Positions 1 through 9,593 of a stretch of DNA of 64,000 bases are shown one piece after another. The stretch is from Dehalococcoidia bacterium (GTDB taxonomy: Bacteria > Chloroflexota > Dehalococcoidia > Lucifugimonadales > UBA2985): NCBI GenBank assembly GCA_965218945.1, contig OZ244718.1, forward strand, positions 2,845,324 through 2,909,323, read 5' to 3'. Positions within the stretch are counted from its first letter, which is position 1. Each line of letters starts with the position of its first letter. A model generated the notes under the pieces. That model made no database searches. It saw nothing but the letters and a program-made list of their open reading frames with translations, and was not told the origin of the DNA. Made by a program: the position numbers and the translations under genes.

Positions 1-620
1 AATGTGACCCTGAGCTATTCGATGAGCTACATAAGATAGTGTGTGAGAAAAAGAAACGTGAAATAGCTGGAATCCAGGGCAGCGGGGTACTCCCGAACAA
101 TACGGCCTACTATGGTCAGAGCCTGTCCTACCCGCCAAGGGAATCCGTGGCCTCCAAGAAGACAAGACGGGAAACTTGGCTAAAGGGCGCCCTTGAAGCC
201 ACCAAGGAAGCAGAACTGGTCTTTGTGGACCCGGACAATGGCATTACTGAAACGGTAAGGCCTTTACGCAAGAGAGGGCCACAATACGTGGTAAAGCCGT
301 GGCACAAGAAGGGGCCCAAGTACGTGTTTATGGACGACCTCAAGCAATTCTACAAGCGGGGCCAGAGCTTGGTCATCTATCACCACATCGCGCGCTGGGA
401 TGAGGCGGACAATCAGATCAGATATTTCGCCGAGAGGCTACAAGAGTGCCTGCATTTGCCTAGCTTGCCGTGGTCACTCTGGTATCACCGAGGCACGGCG
501 CAGGCTTACTTCATAGTGCTCCACGAAAGCCATAAGGTCGTGCTTGAGCAGCGGCAAGCGAGTTTCGCGGATAGTCCTTGGTGCGCTAAACCATCACGCC
601 ATTTTGAGCGTGTCACCTAA
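1..620 (+). CDS. Hypothetical protein, 5'-truncated by the window edge (possible SAM-dependent methyltransferase-like fold)
   Basis: Open frame ending at 620; LVFVDPDNG motif followed by SLVIYHH resembles Rossmann MTase-like strand-loop motifs; function is inference. Confidence 0.55.
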   Translation, partial: CDPELFDELHKIVCEKKKREIAGIQGSGVLPNNTAYYGQSLSYPPRESVASKKTRRETWLKGALEATKEAELVFVDPDNGITETVRPLRKRGPQYVVKPWHKKGPKYVFMDDLKQFYKRGQSLVIYHHIARWDEADNQIRYFAERLQECLHLPSLPWSLWYHRGTAQAYFIVLHESHKVVLEQRQASFADSPWCAKPSRHFERVT

Positions 621-634
621 GAACTTAGGATAAC

Positions 635-1105
635 CTAAAGACCGGCCCCCACGGCCCATCGCGCCAGCGCTTTCTCCGGTGCGGTGATCTCGCTGACGGA
701 CGTATAATAGTAGTCCTGCCAGCCTTCCTCCGGCAGGCCCGTGAACAGCATCAGGTTCAGGGGGTACTGCTCGCTTTCGACAACCCGGCGGAAGTCGTCT
801 CTGAACAGGAACGTGGGCTTTCCCAGCGCAATCGCCATGCCCAGCTCCACCATCACGCCCTCGTCCGGCGGAACACCGTTGACCACGGCGAAGATGGCGT
901 CCGACTCCACCACGTCGCGGAAGTCCCCCTGCCCAACGCGGTAGGCCCACCCCGCCGCCAGAAAGTCCACCTGGTTGTTCCGGGCAAAAGGCTCCCACAC
1001 CTCCAGGCCAAGCTCCTCCAGAGCCGCCACTATTGGAGGGAGCAGCGCAGCCTTCTGCTGTGCGGAGAACCCGTAAGGGTTGGCTAGATAGATGGTCTTT
1101 GCCAT
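635..1105 (-). CDS. Nucleoside 2-deoxyribosyltransferase family protein
   Basis: IYLANPYGFS N-terminus; D...SDAIFAV..G...DEGVMVELGMAIALGKP and NLM motifs. Confidence 0.9.
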   Translation of the reverse strand: MAKTIYLANPYGFSAQQKAALLPPIVAALEELGLEVWEPFARNNQVDFLAAGWAYRVGQGDFRDVVESDAIFAVVNGVPPDEGVMVELGMAIALGKPTFLFRDDFRRVVESEQYPLNLMLFTGLPEEGWQDYYYTSVSEITAPEKALARWAVGAGL

Positions 1106-1203
1106 AGGAAATCAAGCCTGCCAGCGAGGTATCGCGGACAGGCTGGTATGTTGATGTATGAAGCGCCGGCCTCGGCACGTGGCTGAGGCGCGGGCAGCCA
1201 AAT

Positions 1204-1695
1204 CTACGAGACCTCGCTGAGCCGCCCGGTTGCGCAGTCGTAGACGAAGCCTCGAATCTGGTCTTTGGCCGGGACAAAGGGACTGGCCTTAATGCGAGCG
1301 ATGGACTGGCGCACGTCCCCCTCCAGATTACCGAACGCCTCCATCGCAAAGGAGGGCCGGAGGCCGGTGTCGGCCAGTATTGCGTCCTTCACGTCGTCGT
1401 CCCGAAAGGTCAGCATCCCGCAGTCAGTGTGGTGTATCAGCACCACTTCGCGTGTGCCCAGCAGACGCTGGGAGATAACCAGCGAGCGGATCACGTCGTC
1501 GGTGACCACGCCGCCGGCGTTGCGTATCACGTGGGCGTCGCCTTCCTGAATCCCAAGCAGCTTGTGGGTGTCGAGGCGCGCGTCCATACACGCCACAACC
1601 GCCATGTTGAGCGCCGGCGGCAGCGGCAAGTCGGCTTTATCAAAGCCCTCGGCATATTGGGCGTTGTTCTTGAGGGCGTCATCCGTAGCGGTCAT
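1204..1695 (-). CDS. Beta-class carbonic anhydrase (clade D / COS hydrolase-like)
   Basis: CMDAR, HVIRNAGG and HHTDCGM zinc-ligand motifs; AGGAGG RBS. Confidence 0.92.
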   Translation of the reverse strand: MTATDDALKNNAQYAEGFDKADLPLPPALNMAVVACMDARLDTHKLLGIQEGDAHVIRNAGGVVTDDVIRSLVISQRLLGTREVVLIHHTDCGMLTFRDDDVKDAILADTGLRPSFAMEAFGNLEGDVRQSIARIKASPFVPAKDQIRGFVYDCATGRLSEVS

Positions 1696-1822
1696 AAGGA
1701 CCTCCTATTCGGGCAAAGAGTGAGTAATCAGAGTGATTTTACCCACATTTGCAGGCAAAGTACACTACCAACCGGACCACAGCGACTCCCACAGGCCCTC
1801 CACCGGCCGTCGTGGAGAGCTG

Positions 1823-3679
1823 CTATCCAGCTTGCGGCATGGCTCCTGCACTCGGGATGGTGAAGGCGTATACGCTGCCGTTCAGGGTCCCGACGTACAA
1901 CACGCCATCAGCGACGGTGTAGGACGGAACGCCATCGAAGTAGCCCTTGGAGAACGACCAGACCTCATCGCCGGTTGCAGCGACCAGCACCCTAAGGTTT
2001 CCATCAGCGGACTCTGCAATCAGGAAGCCGTTGACCACAGTAGGCGACCGCAGCGCCGAGTCCGTGTTCTCCCAACTCCAGAAGGGGCTACCGGTGGCGG
2101 CGTCCACCGCGTGGAGTACACCGGACTCCGACCTCACGAGCACCATGCCCTCAGCCACTACCGGTACATCAGTGATGAGATCGCCCGCCACATAGTACCA
2201 GTTAAAGTGTCCCGTAGTGACGTCCAGGGCATAGAGGTTGCTGTCAGGCGCGAAGTAGTAGACGCCGTCCACGACGACTGCCGGGTGGTCTATGGCAGGG
2301 AACATCTCTGTGCCGTAGCTCCAGATCTCCTCCCCGGTGGCCTCGTCCAAGGCGTAGGCAGTGTTGACCGCAGTCAGGTAGACCACTCCGTCCACCACTG
2401 TGGGTGGGGACTCCGATCCCATGCCGACGCTGAGGCTCCAGAACACTTCCCCTGTTGATGCGTCCATAGCGTAAAACTCGCCAGACGCGCCCGGCGCGTA
2501 GAGCTTGCCGTTCGCAACTGTGACAGCAAACTCAGCGCCGTAGGGGTACGGCACTCCGGCGGCCCACACCTGCTCCCCGGACATTGCATCGAGAGCGTGG
2601 ACACTGTAGTCTACATCTCCCTGCGCTCCGATGTAGACCACTCCACCAGTCACTACGGGTGAGTACTGCACCTCTTTGCTCGCGTCGTGCTTCCACAACA
2701 TCTCTCCGGTCTCGGCGTCCAGAGCGTACACGTAGTTGTCGTTGGACCCCACGTACACCGCTCCGCCGGCCAGGGTCGGAGTAGACCTTATTATATCGCC
2801 GGTCTCAAAGCTCCAGAGCATGGACCCGGTCGCGGCGTCCAGTGCGTACACGGAGTTGTCGTCGGAGCCGGCGTACACCACGCCATCGGCAACCGCAGGT
2901 GCATTGACAACCCTGCCACCCGTCTGGAAGCTCCAGAGGGACGCATCATCCGGCGGCGGCGGGACTGAAGGACCCCCGGGACCGTCCCCTCCCATAAGGG
3001 CTGACATCATCTCTTCCGGCAGACAGGTCAGCAGTCCAAAGCCGAACTGCATGGCCGCCGCCTGTTCAGCAGGACCGGCCTCCGGCAGATCGGAAGCGAC
3101 GATGGCCGCTATGTCCGCATCCTTTAGCAGACCTCTCACACAGGCTTCAGATTCTTCAGGCAGCGGAGGCAACTGCGCAGTAAAGGACGCCAGGAAAAGT
3201 TCGGAGGCCGTCTCCTGGGACAGGCAGCCAAAAACCGATACCTGCAATGGCTCCGTGGCGCCTTCCGAAAAAACGGGCCTATCCCTGACAGACGCCAGTT
3301 GATCTCCCAGCTCACTGCTGATGCACGCCTGCTCCGGCTCGCTTAGTGCGTCGTACAGGTCTCCCCATCGCATGTCCGGGCTAAATTCGATTGCAGGAAT
3401 GGCGGGCATGGTGTCCGGCTCCGTGGTTGGAGCGACGGCAGGCGCCTGCGTGGGCGCTGCGGTAGGCGCAGGCGTTGACGTGGGCGCTGCGGTGGGCGCA
3501 GGTATTGACGCCGCCGTAGGGGAAACGGATGAAGTTGTATCTGTGCCAGCTGGAGCGGGGCTGCCCTCAGAAGCCTCAGTGGCGATAGGTTGCGTCTCAT
3601 CGCCGCACGCCGTTACTAAAGCGACGGCCAGCAGGCCCATCAATCCAAGCAATGCTAGTTGTCTAAGTGAGTGTCTCAT
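1823..3679 (-). CDS. Lipoprotein with Pro/Thr/Ala linker and PQQ-like (BamB-type) beta-propeller repeats
   Basis: Lipobox VTAC after a hydrophobic signal; APTAAPT repeats; multiple VYALDAxTGxxxW repeats; start moved to ATG 3679 with AGGGGG RBS. Confidence 0.88.
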   Translation of the reverse strand: MRHSLRQLALLGLMGLLAVALVTACGDETQPIATEASEGSPAPAGTDTTSSVSPTAASIPAPTAAPTSTPAPTAAPTQAPAVAPTTEPDTMPAIPAIEFSPDMRWGDLYDALSEPEQACISSELGDQLASVRDRPVFSEGATEPLQVSVFGCLSQETASELFLASFTAQLPPLPEESEACVRGLLKDADIAAIVASDLPEAGPAEQAAAMQFGFGLLTCLPEEMMSALMGGDGPGGPSVPPPPDDASLWSFQTGGRVVNAPAVADGVVYAGSDDNSVYALDAATGSMLWSFETGDIIRSTPTLAGGAVYVGSNDNYVYALDAETGEMLWKHDASKEVQYSPVVTGGVVYIGAQGDVDYSVHALDAMSGEQVWAAGVPYPYGAEFAVTVANGKLYAPGASGEFYAMDASTGEVFWSLSVGMGSESPPTVVDGVVYLTAVNTAYALDEATGEEIWSYGTEMFPAIDHPAVVVDGVYYFAPDSNLYALDVTTGHFNWYYVAGDLITDVPVVAEGMVLVRSESGVLHAVDAATGSPFWSWENTDSALRSPTVVNGFLIAESADGNLRVLVAATGDEVWSFSKGYFDGVPSYTVADGVLYVGTLNGSVYAFTIPSAGAMPQAG

Positions 3680-3884
3680 GAGACCCCCTATACATGTCGT
3701 CAACGCCCGACGGACGTTGCGAATTTCGTTAGTACATACCTAGTATCACATAGTAGGAGAACACCGGTCAAGCTGGACTGAGTCTGCGGTGGCTCATGGG
3801 GGAGGTATGCGGGCTGGTATAATGAGGGGTAGCTAGAGGTGGTGGATGGCAGCGGATATAGCCAAAGCGCGGGTAACACTGGGC

Positions 3885-3934
3885 TTGAAATTGCCATCCT
3901 CTGTAACTACACTATAGTAGCTACAGAGGATGGC
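3885..3934 (+). promoter_or_regulatory. Sigma70 promoter (TTGAAA-N17-TACACT) overlapped by an 18-bp inverted repeat (operator/hairpin) upstream of brnA
   Basis: GCCATCCTCTGTAACTAC (3893-3910) / GTAGCTACAGAGGATGGC (3917-3934), 1 mismatch. Confidence 0.65.
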
Positions 3935-3936
3935 TT

Positions 3937-4227
3937 ACGAAGAGAGAGAGCAAGCTTCCAAAGGACCAGAGCGCTGAGCTTCAGGCGCTGGATGGCCTAC
4001 GCGAAGACCAAATCAACACCACCGACATACCTGAGATACTTGATTGGTCGGACGCTAGGCGCGGCGTGTTCTACCGGCCCGTGAAACAACAGATCACTCT
4101 GCGGCTGGACGCAGACGTTGTGGCATGGTTCAAGGTGCATGCACATCATGGCAGAGGTTACCAAACGGACATTAATCGCGCTCTTCGCGAGCACGTACAG
4201 CGATACGAAACCGAAGAGTCCAAATAG
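3937..4227 (+). CDS. brnA: BrnA-family antitoxin (orphan); apparent ACG start codon; missing from the ORF track
   Basis: Manual translation: (T/M)KRESKLPKDQ...DIPEILDWSDARRGVFYRPVKQQITLRLDADVVAWFK...GRGYQTDINRALREHV; AGAGGA RBS 6 nt before ACG. Confidence 0.8.
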   Translation, partial: TKRESKLPKDQSAELQALDGLREDQINTTDIPEILDWSDARRGVFYRPVKQQITLRLDADVVAWFKVHAHHGRGYQTDINRALREHVQRYETEESK

Positions 4228-4250
4228 CAGGCTGTGATGGGCGCCTCACT

Positions 4251-4664
4251 CTAGTACCGCACCCGGGATCCCATTGGCGTGATGACGTCACACGCCGGGC
4301 CGCTGGCGCCGCTCAGCTTCCGGTCGAGGGTCAGCAGCGGGCAGTTGAGCGCCTCCGCCAGCGCCACATACCAGGCGTCGTAGCTGGTCAGGTTGCTCCG
4401 CAACGCCCATACCCGCTCGGCGAAGGGTGCGAAGGGAAACAGCACAAGGTCAAGGCGAAGCAGGTCAGCCTGGGCGCTTGTTGCCTCAAAGCGGGATATC
4501 TCCCCGGCCAGCTCCAGCCGTCGCAGGATGTTGGTGGCCTCGACAAGGGCCAACTCCGGGCTTGCGAGGACATCGCCCGCAATCGCGTATTCCGCCCACC
4601 TGCCTTCCTCACCTGAGTCCACCAAGGCCGCAACCAGCACGGAGGCGTCTATGACCGCCGTCAC
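4251..4664 (-). CDS. vapC: VapC PIN-domain toxin
   Basis: VIDAS...E...YDAWYVALAEAL..LLTLD PIN motifs; GTGA overlap with the antitoxin. Confidence 0.92.
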   Translation of the reverse strand: MTAVIDASVLVAALVDSGEEGRWAEYAIAGDVLASPELALVEATNILRRLELAGEISRFEATSAQADLLRLDLVLFPFAPFAERVWALRSNLTSYDAWYVALAEALNCPLLTLDRKLSGASGPACDVITPMGSRVRY

Positions 4665-4897
4665 GTCCGGTCTGCGTCACGGGCGCGAAGAATGCTGTAC
4701 GGCTGTACCCTGGTCTCCGCAACTGCCTTGCGCTCGCGGACTCCCTGCAGCCACGCGCCCAGCGAAGGCCGCGAAGCTATGCGCTCCAGTTCACCGCGGA
4801 GGAACTCCTGCATGGACTGACGCTGGAGAGCGGCGCGCGCGGCAAGCTGGTCTCTGACCTCTTCCGGCACGTCCCTTATAGTGATCTGTACTGGCAT
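4661..4897 (-). CDS. FitA-like ribbon-helix-helix antitoxin (VapB role), leaderless
   Basis: MPVQITIRDVPEEVRDQLAARAALQRQSMQEFLR RHH pattern; directly upstream of vapC. Confidence 0.88.
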   Translation of the reverse strand: MPVQITIRDVPEEVRDQLAARAALQRQSMQEFLRGELERIASRPSLGAWLQGVRERKAVAETRVQPYSILRARDADRT

Positions 4898-4903
4898 GAT
4901 TGC

Positions 4904-4932
4904 ATTATACCAGTATTGCCAGCGTTTTGCAA
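4904..4932 (-). promoter_or_regulatory. Sigma70 promoter TTGCAA-N17-TATAAT, 6 nt before the ATG (leaderless transcript)
   Basis: Read directly on the minus strand; no Shine-Dalgarno before ATG 4897. Confidence 0.75.
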
Positions 4933-4978
4933 CAGGCCTGGACCCCAATGAGCATACCTGTCTGGAAAGACGGTCCGT

Positions 4979-6805
4979 CTACCGGGGAGGGTTCGTGCGC
5001 CTGGTGGCGGTGTCGGCGATGAAACTGGACAGGTTGAGAGCGGTGTGGATCAGGCCTATGTGGGAGTAGGCCTGCGGAAAGTTTCCCAACTGCCGGTTGG
5101 CGCCGGTGTCAAACATCTCGGCGAGGAGGCCCACGTGGTTGGTATGCTTTGTGATGACCTCGTGGAAATAGTCAAGCCCGCGGTCGGTCTGTCCGGTGTA
5201 GATGAGATTACCAATCAGCCAGAAGCTGAGGAGGGTGAAAGCGCCCTCATCCTGGCCCTCCAGGCCGTCGTCCGTCTCCCCCGGGAGGTATCGCCACACC
5301 AGGGGGCCGTCCGTCAGCTCCCGCTCAATGGCGTCGACGTTCTGGCGGACGCGGGGGTCGTCCCGCGGCACCAGGCCCAGAAACGGAATAATCAGATTGG
5401 AGGCGTCCAGTGCGTCGTGGCCGTACCGCTGGCGGAAGGCCTGCTTGTTGGGAGTCCATCCATCGTTCAGAATCTCGGACCTGATGCGGGCGGCGGTCCG
5501 TGACCATCGATTATACAGATTCCTTTCGCCCCTTGCGGCGGCAATGTAAGCGGCGCGGTGTAGTCCCACCCAACACAGGACCTTGGAGTAGACGAAGTGC
5601 TGCATCTCGCCCCGCACCTCCCAAACGCCGCGGTCCTTTCGATGCCAGTTTGTCATTATGACCTCAGCCATGGAGTGGACCAGATCCCAGGCTTCCGGTA
5701 GTATGTCGCCCTCAAGAAGGAAGAGGGAATGGACTGCGATAATCACCTCTCCAAAGACGTCCAACTGCAGGTGCCTGGCGGCCCCGTTGCCGATCCGGAC
5801 AGGGGGCGAGTCCTCGAAGCCACTGAGGTGGTCCAGGGTGTACTCTCTGAGCGATGATGTCGGGGTGATCCCATAGAGAATACGGGTCTTCCGACGCGTC
5901 AACTGGCACTGTTCCAGCAGCCAGTGGATGTACCGGTCTGCGCCGTAGACGTCGCCCAGGCGGTACAGGATGTCCACCGTGAAGGCGGAGTCACGCAGCC
6001 AGGAGTACCGGTAGTCCCAGTTGCGGGAGCCGCCAATGGTCTCCGGCAGGCTTGTGGTGGGCGCAGCGACAATGGCCCCCGTGCGCCGGTACATCATCAG
6101 GTGAAGCACCAGGAAAGAGCGGACAACGGCGTCCCGCCAGAGTCCCTCGTAGTTCATGCCGGCCACCAGCCCCTGCCAGTAGTTCCGCGTCTGTCTGAGC
6201 TTCAGTGGAGTGCGAAGCCGTTCAAGGCTTGTCGCGCGGCCGTGACCGTACACAAGCACGAAGGTTACGGTCTGCCCCTCTCTGAGTGTGAAGTTGCAGC
6301 CGACGCCCCGGTCATCAAATGGGAGGGGGATGCTGGCGACAAGGGTCATGGTCTGTCGGCCGCCCCGCGCCTGGACGGCTCCTTCGCGCAGCTTCCGAAA
6401 CTCAGGCACTGTGCGCGCGTAGTCGTGTATTGGATTGAAGTCGCATCGCATCTCAACACTGCCGGAGATGCAGGTGACGATGCGGTGAATTTCGTGGGAG
6501 GCCGCAAAGGGAGTGGCCGGGTCGTCGTCGTGGTCGCTGACGGGCATGAAGTCGGTGATGGTAACTATGCCTGCATCCGTGGTGAAGGTGGTCTCCAGGA
6601 TGTTGGTGTCCGGCAGGTACTCCTGAGTGGAGGTGAAGCCGGGATCAGTGGGGCTGATGCGGAAGCGTCCCCCGTTATCCTGGTCCAGAATGGCGGTGAA
6701 GACGCTGGGAGAATCGAAGCGGGGAAAGCAACACCAGTCCACGGAGCCGTCGGCGCCGACCAGCGCCGCAGATGCCATGTCGCCTATCAGTCCGTAGTTA
6801 TACAT
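4979..6805 (-). CDS. Glycoside hydrolase family 15 (trehalase/glucoamylase-like)
   Basis: YGLIGD, AAPTTSLPE, RNWDYRYSWLRD, GVWEVR and LGNFPQAYSH motifs; start MYNYGL. Confidence 0.93.
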   Translation of the reverse strand: MYNYGLIGDMASAALVGADGSVDWCCFPRFDSPSVFTAILDQDNGGRFRISPTDPGFTSTQEYLPDTNILETTFTTDAGIVTITDFMPVSDHDDDPATPFAASHEIHRIVTCISGSVEMRCDFNPIHDYARTVPEFRKLREGAVQARGGRQTMTLVASIPLPFDDRGVGCNFTLREGQTVTFVLVYGHGRATSLERLRTPLKLRQTRNYWQGLVAGMNYEGLWRDAVVRSFLVLHLMMYRRTGAIVAAPTTSLPETIGGSRNWDYRYSWLRDSAFTVDILYRLGDVYGADRYIHWLLEQCQLTRRKTRILYGITPTSSLREYTLDHLSGFEDSPPVRIGNGAARHLQLDVFGEVIIAVHSLFLLEGDILPEAWDLVHSMAEVIMTNWHRKDRGVWEVRGEMQHFVYSKVLCWVGLHRAAYIAAARGERNLYNRWSRTAARIRSEILNDGWTPNKQAFRQRYGHDALDASNLIIPFLGLVPRDDPRVRQNVDAIERELTDGPLVWRYLPGETDDGLEGQDEGAFTLLSFWLIGNLIYTGQTDRGLDYFHEVITKHTNHVGLLAEMFDTGANRQLGNFPQAYSHIGLIHTALNLSSFIADTATRRTNPPR

Positions 6806-6931
6806 AGTGGTGTGGGTGAGAGCGACCGACGAATGGCAGGAGTTTACCATTGGCGCGCCGACTATGCAAACGAGACGGACGGGGCACCGGACGCGCAGCC
6901 TTGGCGGTAGGATCAGCCAACCATGATTGGG

Positions 6932-7222
6932 TCAGACATATACAGCCTCTCGCTCCACGTAGGGGCGGAGCTCAGGGCGAAGCGTCTTCTCGGTTACCAG
7001 GTCTACCGGGCGATCCAGCAGGTCCTCAATGTAGAATTGGACACCGAAGTACGTCCTTGACGTGGCCGGTCCGTCGAAGCTGACCAAGATGTCCACGTCG
7101 CTCCCGTCCGTAGCTTGATCCCGGGCAAAGGAGCCGAACAAAGCGAGTCCGGTCACGCCGAAACGCTCCGCGAGGGTATGCTTGTGGGCCTGGAGCTTTT
7201 CCAGGATTTCATCTCTGTTCAT
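6932..7222 (-). CDS. Minimal nucleotidyltransferase (MntA-type antitoxin); HepT partner reduced to an overlapping 8-codon stub
   Basis: LFGSFARDQA..GSDVDILV..VDLVT motifs; overlapping ATG TCT GAC stops after 8 codons. Confidence 0.9.
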   Translation of the reverse strand: MNRDEILEKLQAHKHTLAERFGVTGLALFGSFARDQATDGSDVDILVSFDGPATSRTYFGVQFYIEDLLDRPVDLVTEKTLRPELRPYVEREAVYV

Positions 7223-7282
7223 TGATCCGGCTACTCGGCGTGGTTGTACTCGTTGAGCTTGGAATGGCGGTCATTGAGCCGA

Positions 7283-7359
7283 AGGCCGTAGTTGTACATA
7301 TTTGTGTAGTGAGAGCGACTGGCGGATGCCAGGAGCTTACCATTGGAGCGTTGAGTATG
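7283..7359 (-). repeat. Degenerate direct repeat of the GH15 promoter and first codons (partner 6789-6866)
   Basis: About 78 bp at roughly 75-80% identity by eye; encodes MYNYGL then diverges. Confidence 0.85.
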
Positions 7360-7380
7360 TATACATAAATTGGTGTGTAC

Positions 7381-9405
7381 CTACTGCCTTACGAATTTGA
7401 GTGTCCACATAGCACCGCTCTCAGCCTCTACCTCTATCGGTGTCCTGCCGGGCGGAATCTCATTATATGCACTCCCGACGGTGACGAGCTTCCTGCCGCT
7501 CCATGTGTCAGCCCTTTCAATCACAACATTATCACCACCTATTTCTATGGTGAAGTAAGCTTCCGAACAGGAGTCGAGTACGGCATAGCAACGGCTGTTC
7601 CCTGAGATGCTTATCTCCACTACCCACTCACCAGCAGAGAGATCGACAAACTTGACATCTTGGCCTTGGCCTGAAATGGTCTCATCCAGATCCAACGCGG
7701 GTGGCGGCTCAATGAACTCTAGCGCCCACGAAGCATCTTGCGAAACGTTTATCTCAACTGCGGCCTTGCCAGGTGAAATCTCAGAGCTTTCATTCCCGAC
7801 GGTGATGAGAGACCTGCCGCTCCACGTGTCAGCCCGCACACTTGCAACGTAGCTATCACCAACTTGTATCGAAATAGAGTCGCGTATCGAAATAGAGTCG
7901 CGGTCGCCGTCATTCGATACGCTCATCTCCACAACCCATTCCCCAACAGGAAGATCCACAATCCTTACATCCGTCCCCTGACCAGACATCACCTCACTCG
8001 AAGCCAAAGTGGATAGAGTAGTCGCGCGTACGAACTCAAGAGTCCATGTAGCACCACTCTCAGCTTCTACCTCTATCGGAGTTCTGCCAGGCGGAATCTC
8101 ATCATATGCACTCCCGACAGTGACGAGCTTCTTACCGCTCCATGTATCAGCGTCTTCAAACACAACATCGTCACCACCTATTTCTATGGTGAAGTAAGCT
8201 TCCGAACAGGAGTCGAGTACGGCATAGCAACGGCTGTTCCCTGAGATGCTTATCTCCACTACCCACTCACCAGCAGAGAGATCGACAAACTTGACATCTT
8301 GACCTCGACCTGAAATCGTCTCATCTGAAGCTAAAGTAGGTGGTGGGTCTACAAATGTGAGTGTCCATGAAGCTTCTTGCGCCACGTCTATTTCAATCGC
8401 GGTGTTGCCAGGCGGAATCTCGGAGCGTTCACTTCCAACCACTATAAGTGATCTGCCGCTCCACGTGTCAGCCCGCACACTTGCAACGTAGCTATCACCA
8501 ACTTGTATCGAAATAGAGTCGCGTATCGAAATAGAGTCGCGGTCGCCGTCATTCGATACGCTCATCTCCACAACCCATTCCCCAACAGGAAGATCCACAA
8601 TCCTTACATCCGTCCCCTGACCAGATATCGAAGGAGGTGGCATTGGCCTGGGCGTGGGTGTAGGTGTGGGCTCCGGCGTCGGCGTGGCCGTTGGAGTCCG
8701 TGTTGGAGTTGGTTCTGGCAACGACGTGGGTGTGCTAGCCTGCGTCTGTGCAACTTCGGGTGTTTGTACAGCTGTTAGCTCTGGTGTGGGAGTTGTGGTC
8801 TCGGCCCGAGCCTGAGCGGTTCCGGGAGTTGAAGCCGGCGAGCTAGGAGAAGACTCGGATGTCACGGTCACCACTGGAATAGCGTCGGATTGGGCAGTCG
8901 GTGTCGGCTGCGTGGTATTGGTTATTGTCGGTGTATTCGCAGGAGCTTCTGGAATGACACTGCACCCGATCACGTCAATGGTGAATGGGTCTCTATCCTC
9001 TCCTTCGTCTCCTTTGCCACGCAGAGTCACGCGTTCACCTTTCCGAATAGAAGTAATGTCGCCTAAGTGACTCTCACTGAAATGGCACCTAACCGAGGTC
9101 AATGACATGCTACCAGCGCTCAAGTCAACGTAGTAGGCATCACCACTCCCTCCACCCGACACCGCTTCAATAGTTCCGCTTACCTCTAGGACTTTTCCAT
9201 CGTATTTCTGATTTGCAGCGACCTCGTTGGCCTCGTAGTCTTCCGCCAAGCGAGAAGCGGTCACGCGGACGTCAATCGGAGCTCCGGCGATATCGATCTC
9301 GGCTTGCTCAGCTTCTTCTTCTGAGACACTGCACCCCGCTATTACTGCCATCAATAGCAGACCAATCAGTGCAATGGCCATAAGCGGGATGGGATTAGCT
9401 CGCAT
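7381..9405 (-). CDS. Lipoprotein: OB-fold (tRNA_anti-like) domain, Pro/Thr linker and a duplicated 213-aa beta-rich module
   Basis: Lipobox IAGC; YEANEVAANQKYDGKVLEVSG OB-fold motif; internal repeat with 639-bp period. Confidence 0.85.
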   Translation of the reverse strand: MRANPIPLMAIALIGLLLMAVIAGCSVSEEEAEQAEIDIAGAPIDVRVTASRLAEDYEANEVAANQKYDGKVLEVSGTIEAVSGGGSGDAYYVDLSAGSMSLTSVRCHFSESHLGDITSIRKGERVTLRGKGDEGEDRDPFTIDVIGCSVIPEAPANTPTITNTTQPTPTAQSDAIPVVTVTSESSPSSPASTPGTAQARAETTTPTPELTAVQTPEVAQTQASTPTSLPEPTPTRTPTATPTPEPTPTPTPRPMPPPSISGQGTDVRIVDLPVGEWVVEMSVSNDGDRDSISIRDSISIQVGDSYVASVRADTWSGRSLIVVGSERSEIPPGNTAIEIDVAQEASWTLTFVDPPPTLASDETISGRGQDVKFVDLSAGEWVVEISISGNSRCYAVLDSCSEAYFTIEIGGDDVVFEDADTWSGKKLVTVGSAYDEIPPGRTPIEVEAESGATWTLEFVRATTLSTLASSEVMSGQGTDVRIVDLPVGEWVVEMSVSNDGDRDSISIRDSISIQVGDSYVASVRADTWSGRSLITVGNESSEISPGKAAVEINVSQDASWALEFIEPPPALDLDETISGQGQDVKFVDLSAGEWVVEISISGNSRCYAVLDSCSEAYFTIEIGGDNVVIERADTWSGRKLVTVGSAYNEIPPGRTPIEVEAESGAMWTLKFVRQ

Positions 9406-9487
9406 TTATGTTCTCCTTCTCATGGCCGTGATTATTCAACTGGCATAGAGGCGCATTGTCTAGACAGAGTCAAACTCTTGTCGTAAG

Positions 9488-9559
<72 letters not shown>

Positions 9560-9593
9560 TTGAATCAAAGCTTAAGGCTGCGACAAAGGGGTG

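Noticed and set aside
7390-8625. Diversity-generating retroelement TR/VR pair
   Set aside because: Both copies are in-frame parts of one gene, differences are not adenine-specific, and there is no reverse transcriptase
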